From NCBI GenBank assembly GCA_030537815.1, contig JAUNVF010000002.1:4349-68348 (forward strand): a stretch of DNA of 64,000 nt, in the 5' to 3' direction. The position numbers and the translations under genes are program-made. The notes below the pieces were generated by a model. It worked only from the letters and a program-made list of their open reading frames with translations, had not been told where the DNA came from and made no database searches. This document shows, piece after piece, positions 39,554-48,233 of this stretch (the stretch's first letter is position 1; every line of letters starts with the position of its first letter). This stretch comes from Tissierellia bacterium (GTDB lineage: Bacteria > Bacillota > Clostridia > Tissierellales > Peptoniphilaceae).

Positions 39554-40228
39554 CTATACTATATCTTCAAGATATTCGCGATTCAAAATTATGATTTCGC
39601 CTTTATTTACTTTTATTAAGCCTTCATTTGACATATTTATGAGCTCTCTGGAAAGTGAAGGTCTTGTAGTTCCTATATATTCTGCTAATTCTTTTCGGTT
39701 AAAATTCATCGATACCTTGTCATGATCGCAAAATTGAAGCAAATAATTTGCAATTTTTTGTCTGAGAGTATAGCTGCTCAAGATTAGCAATTTCTGGTTT
39801 AAGTGAAAAGCCTTCGAAGATAGGATTTCGAGCATATTGTCAACTATAATCATATAGTATTTTTTATTTTGTCTTCCTAAATTCAATATAAAATCTCTCG
39901 GTATCGATATGATTTCAGAATTTGTTATACTGACAGAGGAATAATCGTAACTTTTGTCTTTTAAATACAAATAGACTTCGCCGAAGATAGTCCCGGGTTT
40001 TTTAAATATATTTACTATTATTCTCTTGCCATTGATATCATTTTTCTCGACAGTTATGATTCCGCTTTTTAAGATATACAGGTAATCAGCTTCATCGCCG
40101 ACTGAAAAGATGAATTCTCCCTTATTGAATTTAAGTTCTTTAAGATCAGAACTCCTTGCCAGATCCTCTAGATCTTCACAGTCTAAATTTTGAAACAATC
40201 TACATTTTTTTAAAAATTCTATATTCAC
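39554..40228 (-). CDS. Crp/Fnr-family regulator, HcpR-like
   Basis: cNMP-like domain (LFQNL...G.IFGE); HTH RKELAEYIGTTRPSLSREL; directly upstream of hcp. The GTG start overlaps the upstream stop (alternative ATG at 40240). Confidence 0.88.
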   Translation of the reverse strand: MNIEFLKKCRLFQNLDCEDLEDLARSSDLKELKFNKGEFIFSVGDEADYLYILKSGIITVEKNDINGKRIIVNIFKKPGTIFGEVYLYLKDKSYDYSSVSITNSEIISIPRDFILNLGRQNKKYYMIIVDNMLEILSSKAFHLNQKLLILSSYTLRQKIANYLLQFCDHDKVSMNFNRKELAEYIGTTRPSLSRELINMSNEGLIKVNKGEIIILNREYLEDIV

Positions 40229-40779
40229 TTCATGCCCCATTTCAATTCATTTCGATCCGGTCCGAAGGCCTTTCTCTTACCTTTAATCTCTTCTATATCT
40301 ATCTCGTATACATTTGTCCTGTTAAGGCTCTTTTCTATAAATTTATATGCCAAATCATATATATCTGGCGTGTATTTCTTACAGATGAGCATGAGAGCAG
40401 AAATCTTTTTTGATTTATCTTCAACTTTTTTGCATCTGCCAATAATATGAGCGGATTTAAATTCAGTCGTGAATACCTTTGAACCCATAGATGCAAATTC
40501 TCCTTTTTCAATCATATTTTCTATTTCTTCTCGAGTGAATAGATTCGGAACATTTACTGAAATTGCAAAGCTTATCGACACATGACAGCCGTCTTTTAGC
40601 AGTTCTACCTTTTTACCGGCAATTGCACTGTGAAAATAAAGCTTATCTTCATCTCTCACTATCGATAGAGGGACCGTATAGGGAGTATCCCCATCGACTA
40701 TTCCCAAAACTCCGTATTCTGATTTATCTATTATATCGAGAGCAAAATCTCTATCCATTTCCCTATCTTTTCGTCTCAT
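40225..40779 (-). CDS. Pyridoxamine-5'-phosphate-oxidase-fold protein, Nim (nitroimidazole reductase)-like
   Basis: MRRKDREM, YGVL, PYTVPLS, LYFHSA..GKK, F.S..I.G, I.GK. Confidence 0.82.
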   Translation of the reverse strand: MRRKDREMDRDFALDIIDKSEYGVLGIVDGDTPYTVPLSIVRDEDKLYFHSAIAGKKVELLKDGCHVSISFAISVNVPNLFTREEIENMIEKGEFASMGSKVFTTEFKSAHIIGRCKKVEDKSKKISALMLICKKYTPDIYDLAYKFIEKSLNRTNVYEIDIEEIKGKRKAFGPDRNELKWGMK

Positions 40780-40991
40780 GACATCACCTCGCTATTAAAT
40801 GATTTGAAATCTAATTTAATTATATCATTTTAGCAGATGAATCAAAAAATAAAAGAAGAATTAAGATTTAAAATCGAGAGAGAATAATATTGAAGCTAAT
40901 AAAAATGAGATACAATTAGACTATGAACAGTTAGAAAATCGTTAATTATATGATATAATATTTATAAAATAATCATGAGGAGGTTTTGTCT

Positions 40992-41984
40992 ATGGGCCTT
41001 AATATCAGAGGGAAGAGTTTTCTTAAATTACTTGATTTTTCTACAGAAGAGATTCGCTATCTATTGGATTTATCAAAAGATTTTAAATCGCTTAAAAGAA
41101 CGGGGACCGTTCATAAATATCTTGAAGGAAAGAATATTGTGCTTTTATTTGAAAAAACTTCAACCAGAACGAGATGTGCATTTGAAGTAGCGGGAAATGA
41201 TTTGGGATTGGGAGTTACCTATCTTGAACCCGGGACTTCTCAAATGGGCAAAAAGGAGAGCATAGCTGATACCGCCAGGGTACTCGGCAGGATGTATGAT
41301 GGAATCGAATACAGGGGATTCAGTCAAAAAACGGTCGACGATTTAGCCAAGTATTCAGGAGTTCCGGTATGGAATGGATTGACAGATGAATTTCATCCAA
41401 CTCAGATGTTGGCTGATTTGCTGACGATAGAAGAGCATTTCGGATACTTGAAGGGTCTGAATTTTGTCTATTCCGGAGATGCTAGAAATAATGTGGCAAA
41501 TTCTCTGATGATAGCTTGTGCTAAGATGGGTCTAAATTTTATCGCTTGCTCACCTTCGGAGTTATTTCCGCAAGAAGAATTGGTCGAGAAAGCTGAAGAG
41601 ATAGCAAAGATAACAGGAAGTAAGATAAGATTGGAAAGCGATGTTGAAAAAGCTACTATGGGAGCAGATGTCATTTATACTGATATTTGGGTATCAATGG
41701 GCGAGCCGGACGAGATATGGGAATCGAGAATAAAGCAATTATCCGGTTATAGAGTAGATAAAAAGATGATGGAAAATGCTTCAGAAAATGCGATCTTCCT
41801 ACATTGCCTACCATCTTTTCACGATAGAAACACGACTATCGGCGAAGAGATATATCAAAAATTTGGCTTAGAAGAGATGGAAGTGGCAGATGAAGTATTT
41901 GAATCTGAAAGATCACTTGTATTCGATCAGGCTGAAAATAGAATGCATACGATAAAAGCAGTGATATATGCGACTTTAAAATAA
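40992..41984 (+). CDS. argF: Ornithine carbamoyltransferase (catabolic ArcB-like)
   Basis: [46 protein letters not shown]. Confidence 0.96.
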   Translation: MGLNIRGKSFLKLLDFSTEEIRYLLDLSKDFKSLKRTGTVHKYLEGKNIVLLFEKTSTRTRCAFEVAGNDLGLGVTYLEPGTSQMGKKESIADTARVLGRMYDGIEYRGFSQKTVDDLAKYSGVPVWNGLTDEFHPTQMLADLLTIEEHFGYLKGLNFVYSGDARNNVANSLMIACAKMGLNFIACSPSELFPQEELVEKAEEIAKITGSKIRLESDVEKATMGADVIYTDIWVSMGEPDEIWESRIKQLSGYRVDKKMMENASENAIFLHCLPSFHDRNTTIGEEIYQKFGLEEMEVADEVFESERSLVFDQAENRMHTIKAVIYATLK

Positions 41985-42018
41985 AAATTATATCAGCCTG
42001 ATCAGGCTGATATAATTT
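41985..42018 (+). terminator. 34-bp perfect palindrome, terminator of argF
   Basis: AAATTATATCAGCCTGA|TCAGGCTGATATAATTT, followed at once by a second inverted repeat TTATTCTCGAT...ATCGAGAATAA. Confidence 0.7.
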
Positions 42019-42190
42019 ATTCTCGATATAATTAATCGAGAATAAGATCGAATATGAAATATTTTAAAAATCGTTTTCACCGATTTACTATAGATTTAAT
42101 TTCGATTTTCTTAATTTAATAATGAGATTCTATTGAAAATCGATTAAATAGAGATAAAAATTGGATATCATAAATTACTAGGAGGATATC

Positions 42191-44209
42191 ATGATAGAAA
42201 ATATCGATATTAAAAGAGCGATGAAGATAAAGCTTGACGATTTTCTTCCCGAGTATCCCAAATTCGTTAAGGGGATAAGGCGAGCTCCCAAGAGAGAGGC
42301 CAAGCTAAGAAAAGAAGAAGTCGAACTCGCTTTAAGAAATGCATTGAGATATATTCCTGAGGAGCATCATGAGATAATGGCTCCTGAATTTCTAGAGGAA
42401 TTAAAAGAACATGGAAAGATCTACGGTTACAGATACAGGCCGGAAGGAGCTCTATATGGAAAGCCGATAGACGAGTACGAGAGCAATTGTATAGAAGGCA
42501 AGGCTTTTCAAGTTATGATCGACAATAATCTAGATTTTGACGTGGCTTTATACCCATATGAGCTGATTACATATGGAGAGACGGGAGCTGTTTGTCAAAA
42601 CTGGATGCAGTACAGACTGATCAAGAAATACCTTGAAGCTCTGGATGAAAACACAACTCTTGTGTTGTATTCTGGTCATCCTTTGGGATTATTTCATTCA
42701 AAGCCTGAAGCTCCGAGGGTTATAATTACAAATGGCTTAATGATAGGTTTATTCGACAATCTTCAAGAATTCAATAGAGCATCTGCATTAGGTGTAGCAA
42801 ACTACGGACAGATGACTGCCGGCGGTTGGATGTATATCGGACCTCAGGGAATTGTCCACGGAACTTATAATACATTGCTCAATGCAGGCAGGCTGAAATT
42901 GGGAATTCCAAATGACGGCGATCTCTCAGGAAGATTATTCGTAAGCTCCGGATTAGGTGGCATGAGTGGAGCGCAAGGAAAGGCCTGCGATATCGCAGGA
43001 GGAGTTTCCATAATAGCCGAGGTCGATAAATCGAGAATAAATACAAGGCTCGAACAGGGCTGGGTTTTGGATATGACGGATTCCTGCGAAGAGGCATTTA
43101 AATTGGCAAGAAATTATATGGATGAGAAGAAGCCGAGGGCGATCGCATATCATGGTAATATAGTCGATCTTTTGCAATATGCAGTCGACAATAATATCCA
43201 TATCGATCTCTTGTCCGACCAAACATCTTGTCACGAAGCCTATACGGGAGGATATTGTCCGCAGGGCATCGATTTTGACGAGAGGACGAGGCTATTAGCA
43301 GTAGATCACGAAAAATTTATCGAATTGGTAAATAAATCGCTTAGAAAACATTTTGGTTTGATTAAAAAGCTAACCGAAAAAGGAACTTATTTCTTCGATT
43401 ACGGAAATTCTTTTATGAAAGCAATATACGATGCCGGAGTAAAAGAGATATCGAAAAATGGAGTAGATGAAAAAGACGGATTCATCTGGCCTTCATATGT
43501 CGAAGATATACTTGGACCGAGGCTTTTTGATTACGGATACGGACCATTCAGATGGGTTTGCCTTAGCGGTGATATAGAGGATTTGAGAAAGACGGATGCG
43601 GCGGCTATGGAATGTATCGACCCCGACAGGAGATACCAGGACAGAGATAATTGGATCTGGATTAGAGATGCCGAGAAGAATAAATTAGTAGTCGGCACGA
43701 AAGCTAGGATTTTATATTCAGATGCATTCGGCAGGAGGGATATAGCACTTAAGTTCAATGAGATGGTCAGAAATAAAGAGATAGGGCCGGTCATGCTCGG
43801 AAGGGATCACCATGATACTGGTGGAACAGATTCTCCTTTTAGAGAGACGTCGAATATAAAGGACGGATCAAATATAATGGCTGATCAGGCCACTCAAATA
43901 TTTGCCGGCAATGCGGCTAGAGGAATGAGTCTCGTCGCACTTCACAATGGCGGAGGAGTAGGGATTGGAAAATCGATCAATGGAGGATTTGGCTGCGTTT
44001 TAGACGGATCCGAGAGGATAGATGAGATTTTGAAATCGGCTATGCCATGGGATGTCATGGGTGGAGTAGCAAGGCGAGCATGGGCGAGGAATGAAAATGC
44101 AATTGAAACTTCGATAGAGTACAATAGTCTTATGGAAGGAAAGGATCATATCACATTGCCCTATTTAGTAGATGACGATTTAATAGAAAAGACCATGGAA
44201 GAATACTAG
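42191..44209 (+). CDS. hutU: Urocanate hydratase (long form)
   Basis: YGQMTAGGWMYIGPQGIVHGT, GLGGMSGAQ, SDQTSCH, GPFRWV, GRDHHD, HNGGGVG. Confidence 0.97.
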   Translation: MIENIDIKRAMKIKLDDFLPEYPKFVKGIRRAPKREAKLRKEEVELALRNALRYIPEEHHEIMAPEFLEELKEHGKIYGYRYRPEGALYGKPIDEYESNCIEGKAFQVMIDNNLDFDVALYPYELITYGETGAVCQNWMQYRLIKKYLEALDENTTLVLYSGHPLGLFHSKPEAPRVIITNGLMIGLFDNLQEFNRASALGVANYGQMTAGGWMYIGPQGIVHGTYNTLLNAGRLKLGIPNDGDLSGRLFVSSGLGGMSGAQGKACDIAGGVSIIAEVDKSRINTRLEQGWVLDMTDSCEEAFKLARNYMDEKKPRAIAYHGNIVDLLQYAVDNNIHIDLLSDQTSCHEAYTGGYCPQGIDFDERTRLLAVDHEKFIELVNKSLRKHFGLIKKLTEKGTYFFDYGNSFMKAIYDAGVKEISKNGVDEKDGFIWPSYVEDILGPRLFDYGYGPFRWVCLSGDIEDLRKTDAAAMECIDPDRRYQDRDNWIWIRDAEKNKLVVGTKARILYSDAFGRRDIALKFNEMVRNKEIGPVMLGRDHHDTGGTDSPFRETSNIKDGSNIMADQATQIFAGNAARGMSLVALHNGGGVGIGKSINGGFGCVLDGSERIDEILKSAMPWDVMGGVARRAWARNENAIETSIEYNSLMEGKDHITLPYLVDDDLIEKTMEEY

Positions 44210-44244
44210 ATTGCATTTAGAAAATAGTTTTAATCGATTCAAAT

Positions 44245-44276
44245 AAAAATGGCAAGGCGAAAGCCCTGCCATTTTT
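44245..44276. terminator. Bidirectional terminator
   Basis: AAAAATGGCAAGGC-GAAA-GCCCTGCCATTTTT. Confidence 0.8.
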
Positions 44277-44290
44277 ACTTAGGGGAGGAG

Positions 44291-44806
44291 TTATGTGAAA
44301 AGGTCAAGATCAACTATATGTGAATTATCGATTATCTCATCGCAATTGTATATAGCATTTCTGTCTTTTCTCATAGTCGCTATAACTGTCTTTTGTCTGA
44401 AGATTTCTTTTAATGTTTCTAGAAATTGTTCTGAATTTCTCTCTACATATCCAATCTCATCAAATACAAAATAACTTTTTGAATTATTTAAATGCGATCT
44501 GAACATATCATTAGCTGTAGTGTCAAAGAAATCATCTTTTACCACCATCTCGCCGTCGACCATTATCGCAGCTGTAAAGACTTCGTCTGAACCGATTTCT
44601 TTAAAGCATATGCTTCTTCCACTTTCGTCGATTTTTAAATATGTTATGAATCCGGAATAGTCCGGCAATGTCTTTAACAATTCGTTAAATAATGTCGTCT
44701 TGCCGATATCTCTGCTTCCGGTTAGAATCAGATTTTGTTTTTTTGATTCTCTATAGGAATCTAATGTCAATTCCTTTAATTTATCTACGCTTAATCTCTT
44801 AACCAC
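44291..44806 (-). CDS. THEP1/NTPase_1-family P-loop nucleoside triphosphatase
   Basis: ILTGSRDIGKTT, SGFIT, VFDEIG..E, VIAT.RK. Confidence 0.8.
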   Translation of the reverse strand: MVKRLSVDKLKELTLDSYRESKKQNLILTGSRDIGKTTLFNELLKTLPDYSGFITYLKIDESGRSICFKEIGSDEVFTAAIMVDGEMVVKDDFFDTTANDMFRSHLNNSKSYFVFDEIGYVERNSEQFLETLKEIFRQKTVIATMRKDRNAIYNCDEIIDNSHIVDLDLFT

Positions 44807-46023
44807 TATTCTGCCTTCTTCAAAGTAGAATTCATCAATAATTCGTCAACTTCTGCGTCTGTAAGATCATAATGATAGAATAGGCTGTAGAATTCTTTTG
44901 TGACTTCTTTCATATCGTAGTCAAATACTTCTGGATATAGTAGATTGCCGAGCCATTTTATACCTAAAACCCTGTTTACAGCCGGCGGTCTTCCCATCCA
45001 ATTGTAAGGACCCATCGGAACTTCATAGTAATTATCATCTTTAATTGCCGATATATCAGACCAAAGCGGATCTTCCGCTACCGTATTATAAACTGAATTC
45101 GGTCCGAAAATTATAAATTCCGGTTGCCAATTTAATATCTGTTCTATAGTGATCTCGTTTAATCCGGCTCCTGATGTTTCAGGAAGATCGGCAACATTTA
45201 TACCGCCGACTAAATTTATAACTTCAGCGTGAATAGATTGAGGCGGATTGGTTTGAAGACCGCTGTCTCCCTCGCCATAATAAACTCTTATCTTGTCTTC
45301 TTCAGCTATTTTGTCGCTGTTTTCTTTTGCTTCTTCCATAACTTTGACGCAGTAGTTTCCTAGTTTAGCCGCCTTTTCTTCCTGTCCTACCAGGTCGCCA
45401 AGCATTTGATATGTCTGCTTAAGTATTGGAAGTTCAGCTTCTATGAATATTACCGGAACTCCTGTTTTTTCCTGAAGACCGTCTAAATCTTCCTTCATAT
45501 TTTCGCCTTTAATTTGTCCGAGATCAACGATTAATTGCGGATTTGCTTCGATTAGCGCCTCTACATTCAAATCAGCTTTTTTGCCGTAAAAAGCTCCGAA
45601 CTCGGGTAGCGATAAGTATTTTTCATCTATATACTTTTGTGCAGGTTTTCCGGGAAGTCTGCCCCAGCCGATTAGAATATCGGGATCTAGAGAGTAGATT
45701 ATCATCTGCGCCATATGTCCTGAAGGAGCAATTCTTTCGATTTTCTTTGGAATTTCAATTTCTCTTCCAAGTGAATCGACGAAGATTCTCGTTTCCGATG
45801 AATCATCTTTTTCTTCTTCAGCGATATCTTTCTCTTCCTCTTTTTCCTCTTTTTGTTCTTCCTGCTTTTCTTCTTCTTTAACTTCTTCTTTTTCCTGCTT
45901 TTCTACTGTCTCCGTCTCGTTTGCCTGTTTTGTTTCTTCCGGTTTGGGATTGGAATTACAAGCTGTGATTAGAAAGACTGTAGCTAGCAGGATTGCCAAT
46001 GTCTTTTTCCAAAAATTTTTCAT
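44806..46023 (-). CDS. ABC substrate-binding lipoprotein (cluster A / helical-backbone metal receptor)
   Basis: Lipobox LITAC, acidic linker, FVDSLGREIEIP, NVEALI...PQL, EQILNWQP, NWMGRPP. Confidence 0.88.
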   Translation of the reverse strand: MKNFWKKTLAILLATVFLITACNSNPKPEETKQANETETVEKQEKEEVKEEEKQEEQKEEKEEEKDIAEEEKDDSSETRIFVDSLGREIEIPKKIERIAPSGHMAQMIIYSLDPDILIGWGRLPGKPAQKYIDEKYLSLPEFGAFYGKKADLNVEALIEANPQLIVDLGQIKGENMKEDLDGLQEKTGVPVIFIEAELPILKQTYQMLGDLVGQEEKAAKLGNYCVKVMEEAKENSDKIAEEDKIRVYYGEGDSGLQTNPPQSIHAEVINLVGGINVADLPETSGAGLNEITIEQILNWQPEFIIFGPNSVYNTVAEDPLWSDISAIKDDNYYEVPMGPYNWMGRPPAVNRVLGIKWLGNLLYPEVFDYDMKEVTKEFYSLFYHYDLTDAEVDELLMNSTLKKAE

Positions 46024-46078
46024 ATTCTTCTCCTTTTCTTAAATTTATTTAAACACAAAGTGTTTACCGACATTATAT

Positions 46079-46864
46079 TTATAGATTGATATCTTTAGGA
46101 ATTGGAATTTGATATTCTCTCTTTCTGCTTTTAGCTTTTAAGATTTCGACTTCAATTCCGTATATCTTTTTCAATATATCTTCATTTAGCACTTCCTCCG
46201 TCTTCCCATATGCTTCGATCTTCCTGTCGTGGATTATTAAAACCTTATCAGTATAGAGATAAGCATGGAGAGGATTGTGCATCGATATCAATATCGTATA
46301 ACCTTTCTTAGATATGTCGACGACTTTATTCATCACTAGAGATTGATTTCCAAAGTCGAGATTTGCGGTCGGTTCATCCATTATTAGAATATTCGCATCC
46401 TGTATGATAGCCCTTGCTATCAATGCCAATTGCCTCTCTCCGCCGCTTATAGTTTTATATCCTCTGTCTTCGAGATGAAGGATATTTAAATCGCCGAGTA
46501 TTTCTCTCGCTTTTTTTATCTCTTTCTTTTTTGGTGATGAGAAGACTCCTATTCTCGATGCCATTCCCATTAGGACAGTATTTAAAACCGAATAATTATA
46601 TGTCGGAAAATGCGACTGTGGGATATAGGCGAGGTCTTTGGCCAATTCTTTTGAATTTAAATTCTTGGTATTTTTACCATTTATAAAAATATCTCCGGAT
46701 TGAGCTTTCAAAAGCTTTAAGAGCAGTCCAAACAATGTGCTCTTGCCGGCTCCGTTAGACCCGAGTACTCCGATAACTTCGGGCCTTTCTACTTCAAAAG
46801 AAATGCCGTCAAGTATATTTTCATTTGTGTATTTAAAAAATATTTCGTCAACTTTTATGATCAT
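46079..46864 (-). CDS. ABC ATP-binding protein (FecE/MolC-like)
   Basis: GSNGAGKST, AYIPQ, ISGGERQ, IMDEPTANLDFGNQ. Confidence 0.92.
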   Translation of the reverse strand: MIIKVDEIFFKYTNENILDGISFEVERPEVIGVLGSNGAGKSTLFGLLLKLLKAQSGDIFINGKNTKNLNSKELAKDLAYIPQSHFPTYNYSVLNTVLMGMASRIGVFSSPKKKEIKKAREILGDLNILHLEDRGYKTISGGERQLALIARAIIQDANILIMDEPTANLDFGNQSLVMNKVVDISKKGYTILISMHNPLHAYLYTDKVLIIHDRKIEAYGKTEEVLNEDILKKIYGIEVEILKAKSRKREYQIPIPKDINL

Positions 46865-47874
46865 CAGCTCACCTCTTCCTTTAATAAGAGAATGAGAAAT
46901 ACAGGAGCTCCAACCAAAGATGTAAGTATTCCTATCGGGATTTCAGAAGTCGTTAAAATCCTCGCTATATCGTCGATGATGAGAAGGTAGCCGCTGCCTA
47001 AAAAGATGCATGCCGGTATCAGGTATTTATAATCGTATCCTACTATAAGTCTTGCAAAATGCGGTATTACCAATCCGATCCAGCCGATCATTCCGCTTAT
47101 GGAAACCGAAGCTGCCGTAACCAAACTCGCACAAATTATACATATGACTCTAAGTATAGAAGTATTTACTCCCATGCTCTTAGCTTCCTCTTCGCCCATA
47201 GTCAGTAGATTTAATCTCCACCTCAATAGAATTATAGGTATAAGTCCAACTATTATGGGGATGGATGCAAATTTTATATCTGATATCTTTATCGATGCCA
47301 GACTTCCCATCAACCAATATGTAATAGAAGGGAGTATATTTATAGGATCGGCTACTAATTTCAAAAAGGAAATGAGAGATGAAAATATCGATCCGATCAT
47401 AATCCCTCCTAAAACCATGCTGAGAGTTTTATTTAATTTACTGAATTTGCTTATATTATACGCAAGGAAAACAGCCAAAAGTCCAAAGCTGAATGACATA
47501 GTGGCTATGCTCGCATATGCCATATTGAGTAGAATTCCGAGTGCTGCTCCAAAACCGGCACCTGAAGATGCGCCCAAAACTTCGGGTGATACCATTGGAT
47601 TCCTAAAAAGTCCCTGATATACCGCTCCGGCGACTGAGAGAGAGCTTCCTATCAATGTCGCTGCTATTATCCTCGGCAGTCTGACTTGAAACATGACTGT
47701 TTCTACTTCGTTTTTCCATGTCTTGTCTATGGAGATGAATTTTGAAGCGAAAACTTTTACTATATCTCCAAAATCGATTTTATATCTGCCTATGCCGAAT
47801 GAGATGATAAAAACGAAAAGAGAAAATATAAACATCAATAATAATTTAAATTTTTTATCTGTAGATTTTTTCAT
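46864..47874 (-). CDS. FecCD/BtuC/MolB-family ABC permease
   Basis: RLPRI, QGLFRNPM.SP..LG.SSGA, WLMGSL, GMIGWIGLVIPH, EIPIG; ATG at 47874 after GGAG. Confidence 0.92.
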   Translation of the reverse strand: MKKSTDKKFKLLLMFIFSLFVFIISFGIGRYKIDFGDIVKVFASKFISIDKTWKNEVETVMFQVRLPRIIAATLIGSSLSVAGAVYQGLFRNPMVSPEVLGASSGAGFGAALGILLNMAYASIATMSFSFGLLAVFLAYNISKFSKLNKTLSMVLGGIMIGSIFSSLISFLKLVADPINILPSITYWLMGSLASIKISDIKFASIPIIVGLIPIILLRWRLNLLTMGEEEAKSMGVNTSILRVICIICASLVTAASVSISGMIGWIGLVIPHFARLIVGYDYKYLIPACIFLGSGYLLIIDDIARILTTSEIPIGILTSLVGAPVFLILLLKEEVS

Positions 47875-47884
47875 AAATCGCTCC

Positions 47885-47916
47885 ATATTATTATTCTTAT
47901 TTAAGAATAATAATAT
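47885..47916. promoter_or_regulatory. 15-bp perfect inverted repeat abutting the permease RBS (operator or RNA hairpin)
   Basis: ATATTATTATTCTTA-TT-TAAGAATAATAATAT. Confidence 0.5.
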
Positions 47917-48159
47917 CATTTGCAGTGAATATAGTCAATTAATGATACAAAATATTTTAGTGAAATTACGAGACGATATCATATATTTTTATCCGAGATT
48001 TTAAGATATAAATTTTTCGGTGCAGATTCATTGTTTTAAATTAAATTCACAATTAATTTGCGATATTATTTTAATCTTTCAATCGATTCGATTTAGTTAA
48101 ACCGATGAATCAGGGATTTTAAAGCGGCATCGTCATTTTTTTAAAATTATTATCAAAAA

Positions 48160-48210
48160 ACACAATATATAGTATTTGCTATTGAAAAGGCATACTATAA
48201 GTAGTATAAT
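48160..48210 (+). promoter_or_regulatory. Tandem NrdR boxes overlapping the nrdD promoter
   Basis: ACACAATATATAGTAT (48160) and ATACTATAAGTAGTAT (48192), starts 32 bp apart; -35 TTGAAA (48182) and -10 TATAAT (48205) with a 17-bp spacer. Confidence 0.85.
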
Positions 48211-48233
48211 AGTTCTTGAACAGAAAATAAGGA

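Noticed and set aside
47920-48150. Cobalamin riboswitch upstream of the FecCD-type operon
   Set aside because: No B12-box or GGGAA/GCCACTG core elements are visible on the minus strand.
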